From an uncultured Candidatus Binatia bacterium (GTDB lineage: Bacteria; Desulfobacterota; Binatia; UBA9968; JAJDTQ01): 64,000 bases of DNA. The stretch spans positions 2,240,001 through 2,304,000 of the forward strand of contig OZ243916.1 of NCBI GenBank assembly GCA_965213675.1, read 5' to 3'. The translations under genes were made by a program, and so were the position numbers. The notes beneath the pieces are model-generated. The model worked only from the letters and a program-made list of their open reading frames with translations, was not told the DNA's origin and did no database searches. Positions 58,519-64,000 of this stretch are shown one piece after another (the stretch's first letter is position 1; the number at the start of each line of letters is the position of its first letter).

Positions 58519-60588
58519 ATGGACCGACAGCGCATGAGTACGGATATAGTGCGTTCAATATCGGCAATGGTCATCGGTCTCGTGTTGTGGACAGGCCATG
58601 CCGGTGCGATGGACCTGAGTTCGGGAGAGGTCGAGGCCAGTTTCGATACCACGGTCTCCTACGGCGTCACATTTCGGGTTGCCGAGCGCGACGAGCAATT
58701 GAGCGCCGCGGCCAACGACAACGACGGCAACCTCAACTACGAACGCGGCGTCGCAGGCAACGCCACCAAATTCACCAGCGAACTCGATGTCGGCTACCGC
58801 AACTTTGGAATGTTCGTTCGCGCCAGCGGGCTATACGACATCGAGAACGAGGACGGCGACCGGGAACGCACGCCCCTGTCGGCGGACGCCAAGCGACTGA
58901 TCGGGAAAGACATCAACCTGCTTGATGCCTACGTTTCCGGAACGTTTGATATCGGCGACGCTGGTCTGGACGTGCGTATTGGCAAGCACGTGCTCAACTG
59001 GGGCGAGAGCACGTTCATCCAGAATGGCATCAACGCCGTCAATCCGTTCGACGTGAGCAAGCTCCGGGTTCCGGGAGCGGAATTGCGCGAGGCGTTGCTG
59101 GCGGTGCCGCTGGTTTCGGCATCCGTAGCGCCCACGGCCAACCTCTCCATGGAGAGCTTCTACCAGATCGCTTGGGAGAAGACCGAGATCGACCCGGTAG
59201 GCAGCTACTTCTCGGTCACCGACTATGTCGGTCCCGGCGCGCACAAGGCCGTGATCACCCTCCCCGGACTGGACCTTGGTGACATGGGATTGACCGCCGG
59301 CCACAATCCCTTCGCCATCTTTGCCGGCACTTCCGTGGCCGGCGCCTTCAGCCCCGTCACCCAGCCCGATCCCGACTTTCTCATCGCGCCCCGCAAAGCC
59401 GACCGCGAGCCTCGCGATTCCGGTCAATGGGGATTCGCGTTCCACTACCTCGCGGAGAATCTGAACAACACCGAGTTCGGTTTCTATTTCATGAACTACC
59501 ACAGCCGCCTGCCGGTGGTGAACGCGCACACCGGAACCGCGGCGGACGCAGGGAAAGGCTTGGCCGCGGGCGGGGCCATCAGCGCCGCCGGGCCAACGGC
59601 CGTCGGGGAGATCGTCGGTGGCGCCGTCCAGCAGGCCTTGGCTCAAGCTCGCTGTCCTTCGCCGAGTCACAGCCCGGATTGCGCCGCCCTGGCGAGCGCT
59701 GTGCAAGCGGAAACGACAGCCAGGGCGAGCGCCCTCGCCGGAGCCGCCGGCCAGGCCGCCAGCATCGACGCCTACGCAGACAGTGGCCACTACTTCCTCC
59801 AGTATCCAGAGGACATCCAGCTCTACGGCATCAGCTTCAACACGACGCTCGGCGCCATCGGGTGGGCTTTGCAAGGCGAATATGCCTATCGCCGCGACGC
59901 GCCGCTGCAGTTCGCCGAACGCAAGGTGTTCGCCGATGCCCTTGTACCGTTCACCGGACTGCCGGGATGTATCGGACAGGCGGTACAGAGCGGCGTCCCG
60001 CCGGATCAGGCGGGTCCGCAATGCATCGGCCAGAATGCCATGCGCGGCCTGTACGACGCCGACACCACCGGTTTTGTGCGGCGCGACGTGAGCCAGGCCC
60101 AGGCCACCGCCACCAAGGTCTTCGGACCGTTGCTGGGGGCGGATGGGGGCGCGTTCGTCGCGGAAGTGGCGGTGATGCACGTACACGACATGCCGCCCGG
60201 CAACGGCGTGGCAACCGCCGATTTGACCGCGCGCGACATGCCGCTGGAGAGCACCGCCGGCTCGGTCGGGGCAAATCCGATGGGAGACGACTTGAGCGAC
60301 GCCGACGCCACCTCCTGGGGTTACCGGTTGGCCGCTCGGCTGGACTACAACGGCGCCATCGGAGCGGTGAACCTGTTCCCGTATACACGGTTCGGGCATG
60401 ACGTCGGCGGCAACAGCCCTGCGCCCAGCGGTCCGTTCGTGGAAGGCCGGACCGCCCTCACCTTCGGCCTTGCCGCCGACTATCTCAGCCGCTGGCAGTT
60501 CGATCTCGGCTACACCCTCTTTGCCGGCAAAAGGAACACATTGAGGGACCGCGACTTCCTTGCCGCGACCGTGAAATACTCCTTCTAG
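58519..60588 (+). CDS. DUF1302 family outer-membrane protein
   Basis: Signal peptide; FDTTVSYG, NDGNLN, LLDAY, NWGES.FIQNGIN, N...DRDF; terminal aromatic YSF. Start may be 58534. Confidence 0.88.
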   Translation: MDRQRMSTDIVRSISAMVIGLVLWTGHAGAMDLSSGEVEASFDTTVSYGVTFRVAERDEQLSAAANDNDGNLNYERGVAGNATKFTSELDVGYRNFGMFVRASGLYDIENEDGDRERTPLSADAKRLIGKDINLLDAYVSGTFDIGDAGLDVRIGKHVLNWGESTFIQNGINAVNPFDVSKLRVPGAELREALLAVPLVSASVAPTANLSMESFYQIAWEKTEIDPVGSYFSVTDYVGPGAHKAVITLPGLDLGDMGLTAGHNPFAIFAGTSVAGAFSPVTQPDPDFLIAPRKADREPRDSGQWGFAFHYLAENLNNTEFGFYFMNYHSRLPVVNAHTGTAADAGKGLAAGGAISAAGPTAVGEIVGGAVQQALAQARCPSPSHSPDCAALASAVQAETTARASALAGAAGQAASIDAYADSGHYFLQYPEDIQLYGISFNTTLGAIGWALQGEYAYRRDAPLQFAERKVFADALVPFTGLPGCIGQAVQSGVPPDQAGPQCIGQNAMRGLYDADTTGFVRRDVSQAQATATKVFGPLLGADGGAFVAEVAVMHVHDMPPGNGVATADLTARDMPLESTAGSVGANPMGDDLSDADATSWGYRLAARLDYNGAIGAVNLFPYTRFGHDVGGNSPAPSGPFVEGRTALTFGLAADYLSRWQFDLGYTLFAGKRNTLRDRDFLAATVKYSF

Positions 60589-60772
60589 CGTTGCGCTTCA
60601 TGAATACGTTCAGAAAGAGGCGCAGGAATCCTTGTCGCCGGCGTGGCGCGACGACTTGCGGGAGCGACCGGCGGCCGCCTGTGGCGGGTACCACGCGAGG
60701 AAAAACAACGCAGCCGACGACGAAATGGACAAGCATTGATGTCCTGTCTGGTTCATTCGAGGCGCCATGCAT

Positions 60773-62134
60773 ATGAAAGCATTTACGATTCGATTGGCCA
60801 CCGCGCTTCTCCTGACCTGTGCGCTCGCCGCTCCCGTTTCCGCTGAACTTGCCGCGGACGACGTCGCGCGCCTCGGCAAGGACCTGACCCCCCTCGGGGG
60901 CGAACGAGCCGGCAATGCCGGCGGCACCATCCCCGAGTGGAGCGGGGGCATCACCAAGCCACCGCAAGGCTACCAGCCCGGTGAGCACCATCGTGATCCG
61001 TACGCGGCCGACAAGCCGCTTTTCGTCATCGACGCGTCCAATGTCGACAAGTATCGGGACAGGCTCACCACCGGGCACCAGCGCATGCTGGAGCTCTATC
61101 CGAGCTTCAAGCTGACGGTCTACCCGACCCGGCGCAGCGCCTCGGTACCGCAGCGCATCTACGACGCCACCCGCAGGATCGCCGCGGTCACCCGGCTGGT
61201 GGACGACGGCAACGGCGTGGACGGCGCTGTCATCGGCATTCCGTTTCCCATTCCCAAGAACGGGCAGGAGGTGATCTGGAACCACCTGCTGCGCTACCGC
61301 GGCGAAGCGGTGTCGTGCACGCTGGGACAGGCGGCGGTGACGCGCGGCGGCAGCTACACCCTCGTCAAGTACGCGGTGGACGTGAGCGTGCGCTACTCGT
61401 TGCCGGGCATGACCGTCGAGAAGCTCGGCAACACCATGATCCTTTTCAAACAGCGGGTGACCGCGCCCGCGCGGCTGGCGGGAGACATCGTGCTGGTGCA
61501 CGAGACCATGAACCAGGCGCAGGAGCCGCGCAGCGCCTGGACCTACAACCCGGGTCAACGGCGTGTGCGGCGCGCGCCCAACATCGCTTACGACAATCCC
61601 GGCACCACCTCGGACGGGCTGCGCACCGCAGACCAGTTCGACATGTTCAACGGCGCCATCGACCGCTATGACTGGAAGCTCGTGGGCAAACGCGAGATGA
61701 TCGTGCCCTACAACGCCTACCGGGCGCACAGCGACAGGCTCTCCTTCAGCGACATCATCCGGCCACTACATGCCAACCCGGAGCATATGCGCTACGAGTT
61801 GCACCGGGTATGGATCGTGGACGCCACGCTCAAGGAAGGCGCAAGCCACATCTACAAGCGCCGGACCTTCTACATCGACGAGGACTCGTGGCAGATTCTG
61901 CTGGTGGACATCTACGACAACCGCGACCAGCTCTGGCGCGTGTCCGAGGGGCACGTCATCAACTTCTACGAGAAGCCGCTGATATGGCCCACGCTGGAGA
62001 TCCATCACGACCTGCAAGCCGGACGCTACCTCGCCCTTGGACTCGACAACGAGTTTCCCATGTGCACCTACGACATCACGTTCAAGGAGAGGGACTTCAA
62101 GCCGTCATCCCTGCGTCGCGCGGGAAGGCGGTGA
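60773..62134 (+). CDS. DUF1329 family periplasmic (LolA-like) protein
   Basis: Motifs LTPLGGERAGN..GTIP.W.GG, PFPIP, GQRRVRRAP, YELHRVW, YIDEDSW. Confidence 0.9.
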   Translation: MKAFTIRLATALLLTCALAAPVSAELAADDVARLGKDLTPLGGERAGNAGGTIPEWSGGITKPPQGYQPGEHHRDPYAADKPLFVIDASNVDKYRDRLTTGHQRMLELYPSFKLTVYPTRRSASVPQRIYDATRRIAAVTRLVDDGNGVDGAVIGIPFPIPKNGQEVIWNHLLRYRGEAVSCTLGQAAVTRGGSYTLVKYAVDVSVRYSLPGMTVEKLGNTMILFKQRVTAPARLAGDIVLVHETMNQAQEPRSAWTYNPGQRRVRRAPNIAYDNPGTTSDGLRTADQFDMFNGAIDRYDWKLVGKREMIVPYNAYRAHSDRLSFSDIIRPLHANPEHMRYELHRVWIVDATLKEGASHIYKRRTFYIDEDSWQILLVDIYDNRDQLWRVSEGHVINFYEKPLIWPTLEIHHDLQAGRYLALGLDNEFPMCTYDITFKERDFKPSSLRRAGRR

Positions 62135-62209
62135 TATGGTTGCCACCCCTGGGTTACCGCTTCCGCAGGAATGACGATGCGGGGGCCCGTGCCCACGCGT
62201 TCCGGGATC

Positions 62210-63214
62210 ATGAAAGAACTCCGCCAGCGTCTGTCCCTGCTTCGCGATCGCATACATCATCTCCGTTGCAGCCCGGGGGCCCTGCTGCCGGCTCTGTTCC
62301 TGTGCCTGACCGCTCACGCCGCCGGTGACACCAAACCAGCCGTCCAGGCGCCCTTGGCCGAGACCACCCTGCTGCTGGACGCGGCCGCCGCCGGTGACCG
62401 CGTCATCGCGGTGGGCCAGCGCGGCCATATCCTCGTCTCCCGCAACGGCGCGGATTGGCAACAGGCCCAGGTGCCCGTGCGCGCGCTGCTCACCGCGGTG
62501 CACATGCACGACGCGGCCACCGGCTGGGCGGTGGGGCACGATGCGGTGATCCTCCGCACCGATGACGCCGGCGACACCTGGCGGCTGGCGCACCGGGCGC
62601 CGGAGGAAGAGCTGCCCCTGCTGGACGTCTGGTTCCGGGACAAGGAGACGGGATTTGCCGTGGGCGCCTACGGCTATTTCCTGGCCACCCGGGACGGCGG
62701 CGCCACATGGGTCGCCCGCGCCATCAGCGCGGACGACTTTCACCTGAACGAGATCGTGCCCGCGGGTCCGCGGCGGCTCTTCATCGCCGCCGAAGCCGGC
62801 GTCGTATACCGGTCCGACGACGATGGCGCCACATGGCGCGAGACGCCCTCGCCCTACACCGGCTCCTGGTACGGCGCGCTGGCGCTCGACGCGGACCAGC
62901 TCCTCCTCTTCGGGCTCCGCGGCCATCTCTTCCGCTCCGAGGACGCGGGCGAGGGCTGGACGCGGGTGACCACTCACACCAATGCGACCCTCACGGACGC
63001 CATCCGGTTGCAATCCGGCGACGTGGTCTTCACCGGGCTCGAAGGCATCATCCTCACCAGCCGGGACAACGGCCGCAGCGTATCCGCCGCGCGTCTGCGC
63101 TCGCGCCAGGGCATCACGTCGGCGCTGGCGCTGCCCGACGGCGACGTACTGTTGACCGGCGAGTTCGGCGTCCAGCGCCTTTCCCGCCTGGACCCGATCC
63201 CCAGTTCCGAATAG
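62210..63214 (+). CDS. YCF48/BNR-repeat beta-propeller protein
   Basis: AVGQRGHIL and repeated T/S.D.G.TW Asp-boxes; start uncertain. Confidence 0.88.
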   Translation: MKELRQRLSLLRDRIHHLRCSPGALLPALFLCLTAHAAGDTKPAVQAPLAETTLLLDAAAAGDRVIAVGQRGHILVSRNGADWQQAQVPVRALLTAVHMHDAATGWAVGHDAVILRTDDAGDTWRLAHRAPEEELPLLDVWFRDKETGFAVGAYGYFLATRDGGATWVARAISADDFHLNEIVPAGPRRLFIAAEAGVVYRSDDDGATWRETPSPYTGSWYGALALDADQLLLFGLRGHLFRSEDAGEGWTRVTTHTNATLTDAIRLQSGDVVFTGLEGIILTSRDNGRSVSAARLRSRQGITSALALPDGDVLLTGEFGVQRLSRLDPIPSSE

Positions 63215-63220
63215 CCATCC

Positions 63221-64000
63221 ATGACCGAAGCGCGCGACAACTCCCCGGCCAACCCCTTCGCCGCGTTCCTCGAGCGCAGCCTGTTCACCCGGCGCGGCCT
63301 CGTCATCGCCGTCTTCGCGCTCGTGACCCTCGTCATGGGCTGGTTCGCCGCGCAATTGCGCGTGGACGCCGGTTTCTTCAAGCTCGTGCCCCTCAAGCAC
63401 GCCTACATGCAGACCTTCCTCAAGCACCAGCCGCAGTTCGGCAGTGCCGACCAGGTGGTGGTCGCCATCACGGCGGAGCAGGGGGACATGTTCACCCCCG
63501 GTTTCTTCGACGTGCTGAAGCAAGTCACCGACGCGATGTTCTTCCTGCCGGGCATCGACCGCACCCAAGTCTACTCTATCCTCACGCCCAACGTGCGCTA
63601 CATCGAGGTGGTGGAGGACGGGGTGATTGCCGGCAATGTGCTGCCCGCGAGCTTCAAGCCCACGAAGGCTGGCCTGGCCCAGGTGCGCGAGAACGCCATC
63701 AAGGCCGGTGTGGTCGGCAGGCTGGTGGCCAACGACTTCACCGGCGCCATCGTCAGCGGCCGCCTGCAGGAGTTCGACCCCAACAGCGGCAAGCGGCTCG
63801 ACTACCTCGACGTCGCGCGTCAATTGGAAGAAATCCGCGCCCGGGCGCAGGCCAGCGCTCCAGTGCGCGTGCATATCATCGGCTTTGCCAAGCTCGTGGG
63901 TGATATCGCCGCGGGCGCCGCGCGGGTCATCGCGTTTTTCGGCATCACCTTCCTGATCACCGCCCTGTTCGTGTATCTCTACACTCGGTCTGTGCGGCTG
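63221..64000 (+). CDS. RND/MMPL family transporter (3'-truncated)
   Basis: Open from ATG 63221 to window end (MTEARD..LRVDAGFFKLVPLKH..FG.AD.V..IGFAKLVGDI); canonical fourth gene of the cassette; absent from ORF track. Confidence 0.88.
   Translation, partial: MTEARDNSPANPFAAFLERSLFTRRGLVIAVFALVTLVMGWFAAQLRVDAGFFKLVPLKHAYMQTFLKHQPQFGSADQVVVAITAEQGDMFTPGFFDVLKQVTDAMFFLPGIDRTQVYSILTPNVRYIEVVEDGVIAGNVLPASFKPTKAGLAQVRENAIKAGVVGRLVANDFTGAIVSGRLQEFDPNSGKRLDYLDVARQLEEIRARAQASAPVRVHIIGFAKLVGDIAAGAARVIAFFGITFLITALFVYLYTRSVRL

Overview
High-GC bacterial chromosome segment. The housekeeping gene order (thrS-infC-rpmI-rplT-pheST-ihfA-merR-tRNA-Pro-pcm-nlpD-apt, guaBA-dnaE-hflX, glmU-glmS) suggests a deltaproteobacterial-type lineage such as Binatota; this is inference. 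Contents in order: acyl-CoA carboxylase operon; tatBC; HDAC-family deacetylase; fabF-fabH; a pyrimidine/ureide-type utilisation region (two DUF1989 genes, pyrE, M20 amidohydrolase, pyrR, NitT/TauT ABC transporter with two binding proteins, and an M20 protein with degenerate metal ligands); a stand-alone PaaA-like diiron protein with ETF; the translation cluster with tRNA-Val(GAC) and tRNA-Pro(GGG); thiC; csaA; ubiD; hisI-hisG; a small membrane protein-TPR-ferredoxin trio; glmUS; and a DUF1302-DUF1329-YCF48-RND cassette. Best leads: (1) an AT-richer three-gene insertion at 46.7-48.7 kb (TIGR04255-like protein, helical protein, putative ADP-ribosyltransferase-fold toxin) resembling a non-canonical toxin-antitoxin-chaperone or anti-phage system; (2) an ArsC/Spx-family selenoprotein truncated by the ORF track (in-frame TGA in a UxxC motif plus a SECIS-like hairpin); (3) an attenuator-like leader before guaBA; (4) a 129-bp tandem duplication that copies the glmS start. 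All family assignments are from motif recognition by eye; no searches were run.
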